Positions 12,289 to 25,066 of a stretch of DNA of 64,000 nucleotides are shown piece by piece. Positions within the stretch are counted from its first letter, which is position 1. Every line of letters begins with the position of its first letter. Position numbers and translations under genes: made by a program. The notes below the pieces were generated by a model. The model searched no databases. It worked only from the letters and a program-made list of their open reading frames with translations, and had not been told where the DNA came from. Origin of the DNA: Octopus vulgaris (taxonomy: Eukaryota); contig OX597820.1 of the NCBI GenBank assembly GCA_951406725.2, positions 58,838,001-58,902,000 of the forward strand. Reading direction: 5' to 3'.

Positions 12289-12678
12289 TATATATAAAAT
12301 ATTAGAAAAAAAAACACCTTTTATCAATTCAAAATGAATAACTAAATTACATCTAGAAAATTACATATAATAGAAAATTAAAAATTAAAATAACAATTAA
12401 ATAGTAAAGATTAAGTAAATTACAAAAATAATATAATGTATATAATAGGTAGAAAAACGACACGTGTTTCGCTGCTATATTTAAGAAATGATTATAGTAG
12501 TAGAGAAATCACTTGCATATAAATATAGTCGCTCATCAGGTTAAAAATATAATCTTTACTTTTTAACTGTTATTTTAATTTTAACTTTTCTATTATACGT
12601 AATTTTCTAGATGGTGTAATTTAATTATTCATTTTGAATTGATAAAAGGTGTTTTTTTTCTAATATTTTATATATATA
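12289..12678. repeat. AT-rich foldback with arms of about 125 bp, enclosing a hammerhead motif
   Basis: Arm about 12289-12413 is the imperfect reverse complement of about 12550-12678. Confidence 0.8.
12456..12542 (-). ncRNA. Type I hammerhead ribozyme motif
   Basis: Minus strand aac-CTGATGA-gc[ctatattta...taaatatag]gc-GAAA-cacgtg-TC-gtt. Confidence 0.65.
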
Positions 12679-12706
12679 TATATATAATTTATGATGATGA
12701 TGATGA

Positions 12707-12752
<46 letters not shown>

Positions 12753-13028
12753 TCAAAATGCGGGTGAAAAAATTGGATATTAATTTGATAACATCAATTT
12801 TAACACCAGTGGTCTAGCATATAAAAAAAACTGAGATTCAGTAAATAGTATTTCATACATAAATATAAGTGAGAATTTTTTTTAACCACTATGTGGAAAA
12901 CCTTATGCTAGAAGATACACTATGGTCTTAACCACTAAGAATTGTTCTCCAGAAAATTTAGCACATCAGAAACGTAAGCGAGTAAGACAAATGAAAAGTA
13001 ACAAAAAGTGTTACTCACTCTTACTCTC

Positions 13029-13104
<76 letters not shown>

Positions 13105-13114
13105 ACTTTCTCTC

Positions 13115-13179
<65 letters not shown>

Positions 13180-13676
13180 TTCTCTCTGTCTCACTCACTC
13201 TCTCTGATACGCAAGAGAGCGCATAGGTGCAAAACAAAATGGGAAAAAATAGGGGAAAAAGTAGTACTCGAATACTAAAAGTGGAGCGAAATGCTACTTT
13301 ACTGGAGTCCAAAGAATAAAAATACCTTAAAAACTGTTACTCAGAGTAGTCTGAATTATCACAACAGCTTGATGAACGGCTAAGTGAAACTGCAGCAAGA
13401 GGGTTTTTTTTGTTTTGGCTTCAATGAAATAGTATATACATGTGTGTGTGTGTGTGTGTGTGCACGCACAGACGTTTGTGTATCCGTGCATGTGTTTGCG
13501 CGCGTGTGTGTGCATGTGCGTGTGCGTGTACGGTGCTCTGCACCGTTTTTTATACTTTATAGGAAAACAGTTGCAGCGTGGAAGATGTTTGCAAGCCATT
13601 CAAGAACACAGAAAAACCGTTAGTTTCACTTCAACATTTAAATTTCGCAACCATCTCAGCTAGCAGGACATACTAC

Positions 13677-13718
13677 CCTGGACTGATGACGGGCAAGACC
13701 CAGAAACATGTCTCCAGG
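13677..13718 (+). ncRNA. Minimal type I hammerhead ribozyme motif
   Basis: cctgga-CTGATGA-cgggcaagaccca-GAAA-catg-TC-tccagg; perfect 6-bp stem I, palindromic stem III. Confidence 0.75.
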
Positions 13719-14021
13719 TGCTAACCCTAGCTGGCGGGGGTGCTTGCCTCCCCTTTGCAAATATAAGGACACAGGAAATGTGTCAAAGCCGACAGTATAC
13801 AACCACTATGTCGCCCCACCACCGCTCATGTCTCTCTGAGACATTTAGAAATTCAATATTTCTAATTTAAATTTCATTTGTATTAAAATATTTTCGTCGT
13901 TTTGAAACCGCGACCTATTCATCGACAAAACTTCGAGCTGCATCTCACTTGCTATGCAAGTATATTTTCGTAATTTATAGGAAAAATTATCGATCAACAA
14001 GAATCGGTTATGTCTACTTAC

Positions 14022-14165
14022 CTTTGTCTGTGGCCAAGTATAATGCAGGACATCAGCTTGAGTATATCGGTAAGCAACACCTGTGACGTGTGCGGCTATA
14101 TTGGTATTAAGATTGCTGTGATGTCCACGTACGTTTCCGAGAATAATATCGACGTTGTTGTATTT
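14022..14165 (-). CDS. MMACHC: MMACHC-like paralogue A, exon 3 (KYNNVDIILGNVRGHHSNLNTNIAAHVTGVAYRYTQADVLHYTWPQTK)
   Basis: Not in the ORF track; translated by hand. tttcag|AAA acceptor, AAG|gtaagt donor, 144 nt, phase 0/0. AAHVTGVAY.Y..ADV...W matches human [21 protein letters not shown]. Confidence 0.88.
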
Positions 14166-14603
14166 CTGAAACCGTTAGAGCAAAAAAAAAAAAAAAAAAA
14201 CGAAAAAGAAATCGATTGAATTTATTGATACAACAGGTACAGGCGTGACTGGGATTGGGGGTGTTTTCCAATCATGTAATCTTGGGTTCAATTCCAGTAT
14301 GCCTCACTCTGTGCGAGTGTCTTCTCCCCGGTAACTCTGGGCGGAGTATCTATGTATGTGTGATTGTGTTGTGCTACTCCCATCGTTTAACAACTGTTCT
14401 TGGTTTGTTTATGTCCCCATGAATTAGCGGTTCGGCAAAAAGCGACCGATAGAATAAGTACCAAAGTTAAAACGGAAATGGGCTCGGAACGGTGATATAT
14501 CTCTCTGCTGTCAGACAGTGTTATGCGTCGATTAGAGAAACATCTCAGTCGCAACAATAAAACGTGCAGGTCTTGCACAAAGGGGGATAAACGCAAGGAG
14601 ATA

Positions 14604-14676
<73 letters not shown>

Positions 14677-15737
14677 TCCAGATAGCGTCAAAACACGAGC
14701 AAAACAAAAAACTGTTCTCAGTATTTAAGGAAGCTGACAAATACAAACAAGAAATCATACCACCTAATAAACATGAAGAAGAAGAAGAAGAAGATGAAGA
14801 AACAACAAAAGCTATAAAACAAATGAAATCCAAACTAAAAATAGAACAGCAACGAACCATGATAAAACGATGGCAAGAAAAGCCCCTTCATGGTAAATAC
14901 TGGACTAAACTAAACGCAAAAGAAATAGACAAAGAAAAATCCCAGCAATGGTTGAGAAGCTCAGGACTCAAAGCAGAAACAGAGGGATTTTTAATTGCAG
15001 CACAAGACCAAAGCCTCCCCACCAGAAATTACCAAAAACATGTAATGAAAAGAAATATTACAAGTAACTGCAGAATATGTGGAAATGGACAAGAAACAAT
15101 AAATCATATTATCTCTAGCTGCCCAGTCCTGGCTAAGAAGGAATATATTCACAGACATGACAGAGTTGGAACCTACATACATTGGAAGCTATGCCAACAT
15201 TATGGAATAACAACAGAAAAAAGATGGTATAGGCACACACCAGAAAAGGTCACAGAAAACGAGAAAGCAACCATACTCTGGGATATGCCGATACACACAG
15301 ATAGAGAAATTAAGGCCAACAGACCAGATATAGTTGTCAGAGACCATGAAGAAAAAAATGCTTTCTAATTGATGTATCAATACCGGCTGATGACAACGTG
15401 TCTCTAAAAGAAATGGAGAAACTCTCAAAATACAAAGACCTGGAAATAGAGGTAACTAGAATGTGGAATCTGAAAACAGAAACAATTCCTATCATAGTAG
15501 GTGCATTAGGCATGATAAAAAAATATTCAGACAAATACATAACAAAAACACCAGGACTTACAAACACATATAACATACAGAAAATTGCACTACTAGGCAC
15601 TGCACACATCCTACGCAGAACACTTTCCATACAAAAACCATCAGAGCATCACAACAAATCACAGCACATACACAAGGCACACAGAGCTGCGCTCGGTAGT
15701 GGAGTGAAAGCACGCTATAAAAATAAAAATAAAACTA

Positions 15738-15740
<3 letters not shown>
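14677..15740 (+). mobile_element. 5'-truncated Dong/R4-like LINE inserted in (AAT)n
   Basis: ETEGFLIAAQDQ, CRIC...HIISSC, RHD, RPDIV..IDV...K..KY (RLE); one frameshift near 15360; (AAT)n on both sides. Confidence 0.9.
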
Positions 15741-15796
<56 letters not shown>

Positions 15797-16223
15797 TAAT
15801 AATAATAATAATAATAATAATAATTCGGGTCAAGGGACAATAGCTTGATGTTCTTTACAAATCCTACGGCTGATGTTCAAGTTTTGTAGTAAAATATGCG
15901 TAAGAAAACAATTCAAGACGGTCGAAGATCTGAAGAGAAAAGATTGTAAGGAAAATATTTGTAGCGAACAGCTACAGAATAGCTAAGCTAGGATTCGAGA
16001 CCAAATCCACATTTCTCCACATTGTCAAGCAAGTATTCGGTCTATTGTCTCAGTCCTGCACTCAGAAATTAATGAGATTGAGTTGACCTCTCACACCTTT
16101 TCTCCAGTCATAGAATGAACCATGGAACCAGAATATATTTTACTGCAACTACAAACAATGTGTATACACAAACAACGCGACGACGTTGTGTATTTCTTAT
16201 GTATTTTAACGAATATAATATTA

Positions 16224-16592
16224 CTAGCAGTATCGCCCGGCGTTGCTCGGGTTTGTAAGGGAAATAACTATAAAGCATTTTTAGAGAGTTATAGCTAAAA
16301 AATGTAAAAAAAATGGTAAATTTTATTTTTAGTTAAAAAGGTCGAGTTGCGTCCCCTAGACAGTCTGTGGTTTGTGTTTCTGATTCTCGACCCCATGTCG
16401 AATTTATCGATTTTTTTCAGAACTGAGGGAACTTTTCAAAATTTTCGCTGCGTTAGTTTTGAATTATGACATTGGGCTATGTGTGTGTCAAGTTTCATCA
16501 GAATCGGTTGAAAGCCGTGGTCAGGGTGAGGGTACAACCTAACAGACACACAGAAACACACACAGACAAACTGCCGTTTATATATAGAGAGA
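16224..16592 (-). mobile_element. Non-autonomous Helitron
   Basis: Minus strand starts 5'-TC, has subterminal hairpin CCCGAGCAACGCCGGG, ends CTAG-3', and sits in an A|T site. Confidence 0.75.
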
Positions 16593-16599
16593 TAATCGT

Positions 16600-16855
16600 G
16601 GAGGCGCGTGGCTTAGTGGTTAGTGTGTCAGCGTCACGATCGTAAGATTGTGGTTTCGATTCCTGGACCGGGCGATGCTTTGTGTTCCTGGGCAAAACAT
16701 TTCATTTCACGTTGCTACAGTTCACTCAGCTGGCAAAAATGAGTAATGCTGCAATGGACTGACGTCCTGTCCAGCTAGGGAACACATACGCCATAGAAAC
16801 CGGGAAACCGGGCCCATGAGCCTGGCTAGGCTTTAAAAGGGCGCATTTATTTATT
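16600..16855 (+). mobile_element. tRNA-derived SINE with V-domain-like central block
   Basis: A/B box-like head GGAGGCGCGTGGCTTAGTGG...GGTTTCGATTCC; CTGCAATGGACTGACGTCCTGTCCAG; (TTTA) tail. Confidence 0.65.
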
Positions 16856-17180
16856 AATATTCTAATGAACTTAATAAATGACCGTATCAAGCAGCTTTTC
16901 CGCTTTAGTCATTTCTCCGCTGCATCATGACATTATTATTTTATCGTTGTTACATATTTGTATGAGTGCCGCCGGATGTGAGACACTGTAGAGGTGAGGA
17001 GATGGGGGAAGAAAAACATTTATGCTCGGTAAGGTTATGCAGAGATGTGATGCATCTAGCTTGTTCCCAAAGAACAAAGATTGCTTTGATAGTGATAAAA
17101 ATAAAAACACTGCGATACATAGAGAGGGTGAAAAACTGTACGTTTATGTTAGAATGAGATTTTTGCCAGTCAGTCTAGAG

Positions 17181-19673
17181 CAGGGGTGGGCGAACTTTTT
17201 TGATCGTGGGCCGCACAGTGCGTCTTTGGAACCTTGGCGGGCCTCATTTATAAAAATCGAGTGAAAATATTTTTAAAGGCGGTTATAGACCTATAAACAT
17301 ACAATTGATTGAAAGGAAATTTTGTGAAATATTCCTGGTTTAAGTGATTTAATTTATTTTTTAGAGTATCGGGTTCATGTTTTTCGGTTATTTGCTCCTA
17401 TAGTTGAAATTATTACAGGAACCTCGGTTATTTTGGACAGCCTGTTATCGCTTACAAATTGCCAGGAACGGAATTTTCCTAGTAAAATCTGCACTAATTG
17501 TGGACAACCTCCTCTTAATATTATGGACAACCATGATGAATATTATACTTAAATTCTAGGATACCCAAAATAAAAGATTTTAAAGAGAAATAACAGTTTA
17601 TTAATATGAATTGATATCTGAAATTAGAAACGTCACCTGAAGCATTTATTTGAAGAACAAAGCGGCTCTGTAAATAACAATGTCAATGAGAATGATGCAG
17701 CTGACTACTGTCATTTACCAGTTTGTCAAAATTAGGTGTCAAGTTGCTTGTGCTGATTCTTAACACTGACTGAAGATTTGAGTCTGTGAGAAGTGATCGA
17801 TTCTTCCCCTTGTTAATTTTCATGATGGAGAAAGTCTGCTCACATATGTAAGTTGATGCAAACAACACAAACATCTTTCTTGCAAATTTTTTTAGATTTT
17901 GAAACTTTTTTGAATGTAGAGAAGCATAAAACTCGACCAGTGGTTTACTTTCAAACATCATCTTTAAAGAATTGTCGGCTTGCAAATGAATCAGTTCTAT
18001 CTGCAGTTCCTCGGTAGTTGTTTCAATGTCACAGGCAAGAGGTGAGTTAAGCAAATCGAACAGGCCTTCAACTGCCTTGAAATCAGCAAATCTTCTAATG
18101 AATTCCTTTTGTAAAGCCATCAACTGGGAACTATACTTGTCCGATGATTCTTGTGTAACTGACTGTGTTTTCAGCAGAGGGAAGTGAATAATTTTTTGCT
18201 CATTCAGCTGCTTGGCAAAAAGTCCGAGCTTCCATTGAAAAGCTTTCACTTCCAGGTACAATTCATGAGCAAATATACCTTTGCTTTGCAGTTTTGTGTT
18301 AAGTTAATTCAGCTTCTGCATTATGTCCACAGCAAATGCAAAATCACAAACCCATTCGTCACTCTCCATTTCGTTTAAAAAGTCACAGGAGATGTCTTGC
18401 ATTTTGAGAAACATAAGAATCTCTGCTTTGAGGTCCCATAATCTCTTAAGAACTTTTCCAATGCTTAACCAGCGGACATTTGTGTAGTACAGCACATCAG
18501 TAAAATCAGCCTCCACATCCTCCAAGAAACTTCGGAATTGCCTGTGTTTCAATCCCCGTGATCTTATTAAATTCACTGCACGCACCACAGGTTCGATGAC
18601 ATGTTTGAGTTTTAAAGATGACTTACAAAGGCTTTTTTGATGTATGATGCAGTGAAAAGACAAGACACTGTGTAGTGGAAAATCTTCTTTGATTTTGTCA
18701 TTCAACAACTTCACAAGGCCGGAATGTTTACTGGTGAGTGAAGGAGCTCCATCGGTTGTAATGCTGGCCAGTTTATTTAGGGTTAATCCAGACCTGATTG
18801 AACTGTTAATGACACTGTTGAACAAATCTTTTCCAGTAGTAGTGTCTTTGAGAGACGCCATAGATAACAATTCCTCTGTAATTTCAAAGTTTTCGTGAAT
18901 TTCTCTGATGTAAATGAGTAACTGAGCAGTATCCTGAATATCAGTACTCTCATCTAAAGCAATAGAAAACCACTGAAATCGACCACTGGCTGTTAACAGC
19001 TGTTCATGAATACTTACGGCAATTGCATCAATGCGACGAACAATAGTTCTTCGTGACAGGGAAATGGCTTCTACTTTTGACTTAACTTCAGGACACACAA
19101 CGCTGACAGCATCAACCATACAATCTTTGATAAATTCTGCTTCTGCGAATGACTTGTTTTGCTTTGCAATTTTGTTGGCCAATATAAAACTTGCTTTTGT
19201 CGCGTTCCTTTGTAAAGAGGAAGTTTTATCAAACACATTTTGCTGTTGCTTCAAACGTTTTGTCAGATCATTTGCTTTCTTTTGCAGTTCTTGTTTTGAT
19301 AAATTGTGTCCAAAATTGGCGTGCTTCGTTTGAAAGTGGCGTTTCAAATTATATTCCTTGAACACAGCAACTGTTTCAGAACAAATCAAACATGCAGCTT
19401 TCACTCCAACGTCGGTAAAGAAATACTTTTCAGTCCAATTTTCATTAAAAACACGACATTCTTCTTCAATTTTTCGCTTTTTAGATAGCTTCGAACAACT
19501 CATTTTGGGTAAATTTTATCAGACAACAAAAGCTAGTTTGAAACACTCGTGTCTGTACTAAATTCAAATAATCGATAGAGTGAATGATAACCAACCACAG
19601 CTCTGTGTCCAGAAAAAGCTGGTTCAAGCCCTTTTATTAACATGGCCGTCTTCTTCATTGGAACGAAACGCAT
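17181..19673 (-). mobile_element. hAT transposon copy 2, inverted relative to copy 1, left end deleted
   Basis: Right TIR at 17181. Near-identical to 2105-4597; similarity stops at about 19673. Flank GTCTAGAG, which is CTCTAGAC on the element strand. Confidence 0.95.
17683..19503 (-). pseudogene. hAT transposase with one in-frame premature stop (GAA>TAA at about 18304)
   Basis: ORFs 18304..19503 and 17683..18261 are in the same frame and together match the 605-aa copy. Confidence 0.9.
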
Positions 19674-19754
19674 TAGTATGTGTTAAACGAATGCATTATT
19701 GAGGACTTCTATATAATCAGATACCTTTGTTGTTATAGAAATTAAAGATATATA

Positions 19755-20095
19755 GGCGTAGGAGTGGCTGTGTTCTGGGTTCAGTCTCACTGCGTGGTAC
19801 CTTGGGCAAGTGTCTTCAACTATAGCCTCGGGCCGACCAAAGCCTTGTGAGTGGATTTGGTAGACAGAAACTGAAAGAAGCCCGTCGTATATATGTGTAT
19901 ATATATATATATGTGTTTGTGTGTGTGTGTGTGTATGTTTGTGTGTCTGTGTTTGCCCCCCCCCCCCAACATCGCTTAACAACCGATACTGGAGTGTTTC
20001 CGTCCTGGGGTTGATTTGCTCGACCAAAGGCAATGCTCCAGCATGACCACAGTCAAATGACTGAAACAAGTAAAAGAGTAAAAGAGTAAAAGAGT
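19755..20095 (+). mobile_element. SINE family 1 (internally deleted)
   Basis: GGCGTAGGAGTGGCTGTG head and (GTAAAAGA)n tail. Confidence 0.8.
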
Positions 20096-21826
20096 TTATT
20101 TTCTACCACATGCAGCAAATGATAAAAGAACTGCATTCGCTGGCTAGCTGAAGCATTCACGTGACTTAAACTGATCAATAGAAGGCTGAGTATTCTCACG
20201 TCGAATCCAGTTTGGATGGTAGACTTAACTGTTGTTCAGTTTAATGCTACCACCTGACCCTTGTCTGTCTTTGGCATAGTCCTTTCTGTTGCACATATTT
20301 AGACTATCTTTACTGTCTAAAGAAAACAAGATATATCCCCAGAGGCTGTCTCCCACTTCAGCTAATCATCACTCATGGTTTCATACTGTCCCCATCAAAT
20401 AGACTTACAGATTGTGTGAAGAGGTATGAACAATGTCTTTCCTCTTCTAACAATGAATGCAACAGAATTTATTAATTCTCCATAAATAGTACCCCTACTT
20501 TAGTTCTCATTTTTTTTTTAGGCTGCCGTCCTCTTGGCACCCAGGCCAAATTCCTGGTGCACTACTCCCGCCACTAACCACCACAAACAGAGACCATTTC
20601 TTGAAGCAAATTCAAAACAACTGTATTTCACAAATAAAACTTAACCTAATGAACCCATTATTTTTGGGCTTTTTTTTTACATCCATCTTTTGGCCACTTC
20701 ATTATCGCCCCAAAGGGGTAGTGGAAAGGGCAGAGGGAGGGTGCATTGGGAACCACTTCTCAACTTATTGCCAAACTAAATCCATTTCATTCTGAATCAC
20801 TTCACAATACGTTATGCAAATCTGTGGCATACATGTTAAAAACATCCTATGTCAGACATATGGGTTATGACATTGAACCCAATTTAGCAGAGCGCACACG
20901 CACGCACGCACTCGCACTCACACTCACACAAACACACACCATCATCACCACCACCACACCTAAAATATTGGAAGAGAGAGAAGGAGGGAGAAAGAGAGAG
21001 AGGAGGGAGGGAGAAAAAAGAGAGAGACATTAATAAAAGCGAAATTCTGTCTCTTCGTCTGGGACCCTTGTAGCTCAGTCTACATTTTATCTACATAAAT
21101 ATGTTATACCTTTTTGGAATCAGGATGAACTCGGGATTGAAAATCCGCCCTTCATTTAGTTCTTGAACATTCAGCATTAGGATCTGATTTTAAAATGTTT
21201 GGGTTGCTATTTCTAGTAAGTAAAACGACAGCGAGAGGTTTCAATAAAGGGAAAAAATTCATAGTGTTTGTATAGCATAACTCGAACCTTGTAACAGGAG
21301 ATGTCAGACAATGGTTATACTAATATTGGATTATATTAGGGCTCTAGTATTTAAACCTCTCAATATTAGACTGGTTTGTTAATACGAATACTGGACTCTC
21401 TTATGTCACGGTTCAAAATGTCGAACTGTGTTAGTGTTCCCAATACAGGATTGCGTTCAGGTTTCCTGTACTGGACTGTCTTAATGCCCTAAATACCGGA
21501 CTTTATTTAAAAATCTATTACTGAATCAATTAAGGCCAACAAATCACACAGTCGTTAGAGCTCCCAGCTCGGAGGTTTTAGGCCTTGGTTTCGTGCATCT
21601 AGAATGTAAAATAAGAACAAAAGCATACATTCAACAACATACGAATTTTTTCCCTTTGACAGCGGGACGTTGCAAAGAGAGGAAACAAACAGTCCGCCAT
21701 TATGTCCTTCCCAGAGATGGCATTTATACATCGCTCTCTCTCACTTTTCTAATTTTTTGTGTGGTGTGGTGTTTGTGTGTTTGCATGTGTTTATGTGTGT
21801 GTGTTTGCATGTGTTTCTCTGTGTGT

Positions 21827-21899
<73 letters not shown>

Positions 21900-23004
21900 G
21901 GCTGCACGCTCTGCTCAACTGGGTTCAAACTTATAACCTTTAAGTCTAACATAGGATACTTTTAACATGTATGCAACAGAAGCATACACTACTGTGAATA
22001 AGAGCACCAACAACGTATTGTACTTTAGTGAGAATGGTCACTAGTTTAAAGTGTGAAAGTGTTCGCGGAAAAGTCTGGTAATTGTGCTTTTGAGAAGTAT
22101 GTGTAATAGAATATCAGAAGGCATTTTTTAAACAAATAATTTAATTTATTAAATTATTACATGAGCTGACGAGTAAAAAGAGTGTAGCCTGTGTGTGTGT
22201 GTGAATCAGGGAAAGCATTATAACACGTTTTGAACAATAGATTAAGTTGGAAGTCATTACAAGCGAATAGGAACGGGGCTTGCTTAAACGAAAATATACC
22301 GTTCATTATGAGGCAGAGTTGTGGCTGAAGTCATCCAGAATTTCGCAGAGCGAAGTGAGAATAAATGAAATAGGTTGTTCAAGAGGTGACAAGTCGAGAG
22401 TCGATATAACTCAAAGTTAGCTGCGAGAAGTTGGTGGTGACAAACGAAGAGCTGTTCCAGGTTGAAAGAGGGATGTTGCTGGTCCGCCATCTTTTCGTCA
22501 ACCGCTTAAAACTCCCCACTTTTCTTCATGGGCACAGAACTGCCTCTAGTATACATAGGCGCCCAGCCCTGATTGGCTGGCGTATACCATAGCAAAAGGT
22601 TTCTACGACACAACAATAAAAATAACTTTCCTGGCACGCTACAGTACTATCAAGAACCACAACAAAACAAACAATGCAACATTAGCAACAGCAACAGCAA
22701 CAACTGAGATCAACAGCTGTTGCATTGGGAAGAAAACCAACAGCAGCCAGAAGAACAGCTAGTAAGAGCAGCAGACAAAAGAATTACAACACCATCATCA
22801 CCGCCGCCACCACCGTCACCACCGTCGCCGCCGCCGCCGCCACCATCGCCGCCGCCAAAACTGCAGCCACTGTTATTTCCACCACCATCCCCATCATCTA
22901 AAACAACAAGATCGACTGTGAAATTGCAGAATCAAGTACAACAGCAAAAAGTAGCCAGTAATTTCAGCTGCATTAATTACGACAGTAGTAACATCACCAC
23001 TCAC

Positions 23005-23035
<31 letters not shown>

Positions 23036-23137
23036 ACGGCATCAGCCACGGCATCAGTAGCAACAACAACATTAAAGCTTAATAAAGCAGACAATAAGAA
23101 ATGTTAAATTATTGTATATTTGATAAACCTTACTGAC

Positions 23138-23287
23138 CTTATTTGCAGGCCAGGTATCCCTTGGGACATCTCTTCGCTGATAGTAATATGCGGCCCCCGA
23201 CACGTGTGCTGCTGTCTGTGATAAAACAAGAGGATGTCCGGGGCCCAGCATCTTGTAACTAGACAGGAAATCAGTCTCAGGATATAT
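23138..23287 (-). CDS. MMACHC: MMACHC-like paralogue B, exon 3 ([50 protein letters not shown])
   Basis: atacag|ATA acceptor, AAG|gtcagt donor, 150 nt, phase 0/0. [18 protein letters not shown] is nearly identical to human [18 protein letters not shown]. Confidence 0.93.
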
Positions 23288-23496
23288 CTGTATTAAAAAA
23301 AAAAAAAATTCAAATAGGAAAGAGTTCAAATCTACAGCGAAGTGAAGAGGGATTCACATGAGCGTGTGTAATTGGGTGTCGCAAGCATCGTTGTGACAGA
23401 CAACTGTGTAATATATAGGTAGGATGCACAAATTACATATTAAATAATATCATTAAAACGGTATTATGAAGCATACATTTGTGTAACATATATTCA

Positions 23497-23890
23497 GGCG
23501 CAGGTGTGGCTGTGTGGTAAGTAGCTTAGCAACCACATGGTTCCGGGTTCAGTCCCACTGCGTGGTATCTTGGGCAAGTGTCTTCTACTATAGCCTAGGG
23601 CCGACCAAAGCCTTGTGAGTGGATTTGGTAGACGGAAATTGAAAGAAGCCCGTCGTATATATGTATATATATATATGTGTGTGTAAATTTTTGTGTGTCT
23701 GTGTTTGTCCCCCTTGACAACCGATGCTGGTGTGTTTACGTCACCGTCACTTAGCGGTTCGGCAAAAGAGACCGATAGAATAAGTACTGGGCTTACAAAG
23801 AATAAGTCCCGGGGTCGATTTGTTCGACTAAAGGCGGTGCTCCAGCATGGCTGCAGTCAAATGACTGAAACAAGTAAAAGTGTAAAAGTG
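23497..23890 (+). mobile_element. SINE family 1, full length
   Basis: GGCGCAGGTGTGGCTGTGTGGTAAG head, GGTTCAGTCC B-box-like motif, internal (TA/TG)n, GTAAAAGT tail. Confidence 0.85.
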
Positions 23891-24743
23891 TGTAATATAA
23901 CACATCACGGCCAGACTTCCGCCCCCGCCCCACCGCCACCCTTAAAATTTTTTTTTTTCGTCACAAACCCCACTTCTCGAGGGAATACGAATCTGCAAAA
24001 ATATTGGCAAAAATCGACATTTCTAAATTACCCCCCACCCCAATTTCTGTCATTTCCTCTTTCCACATTCGTTTGCGCAAATTTATTGTTTTCATATTCG
24101 TTTTCTACACATATTTTTTTACACCTATAGACCGTTTTTAATTTTTCGTTTTGGTGACCGGGCGCTAAACTAGATCCTAAAAGTTAAGAGTGAATAAAAC
24201 AGATCGTGTGAACTGTCCGACAGTCCTCTCCCCACCCCTTCCAAAAAAAAACACTTTTCTTCCCCACAAATTTCTTTACAGTCGTAATCTATGCTGTCTG
24301 AAAGATATTTCTGTGAAATTTCATTGAAAGATATCCATTTTCCTGAAAGTTATGAAGGGAAAAATCGGATCTTGTAAATTTTCCGAAAGTCCTCACTCCA
24401 CCCGTTCGTTTGCGTACATTTTTCTTCTCATATTCGTTTTCTACACATTGTTTTACACCTTGTAGACTGTTTCTTTTTTGTTTTAGTGACCGGGTCTTAA
24501 ACTATAACATTGACAGTAGTATCTAGCTCAAATCAGGATGCGCATACACACACTTCCGCTCGTACATGCACTCACACAGGTGACGTTAGCCATCCACCCA
24601 ATCCAGTCAATCTCGGCTGTAGTTGGTATAATTTTTTATGGTTGGAAGATAACCTCATGAATAATATGTTGTTGCGCTCGTCTCAAGACGGGTGGTTCGC
24701 AGACAGTCTAACCCGCTCGACGTCTATATCACTCATTTCTACA

Positions 24744-25066
<323 letters not shown>

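Noticed and set aside
20315-20322. GTCTAAAG as the missing partner TSD of CCTTAGAC for hAT copy 2
   Set aside because: Only a 7/8 match, about 640 bp from the truncated end and with no adjacent TIR. Expected by chance.
21360-21505. Spaced AATACTGGACT-like repeats resembling a CRISPR-type array
   Set aside because: Short, degenerate and irregular, in eukaryotic DNA. More likely TE subterminal repeats.
22720-23082. Pro/Thr-rich 120-aa ORF
   Set aside because: Degenerate CCG/CAA trinucleotide repeats inside B intron 3, on the antisense strand.
23497-23560. tRNA gene
   Set aside because: The A/B-box-like head belongs to a multi-copy SINE and no full cloverleaf is seen.
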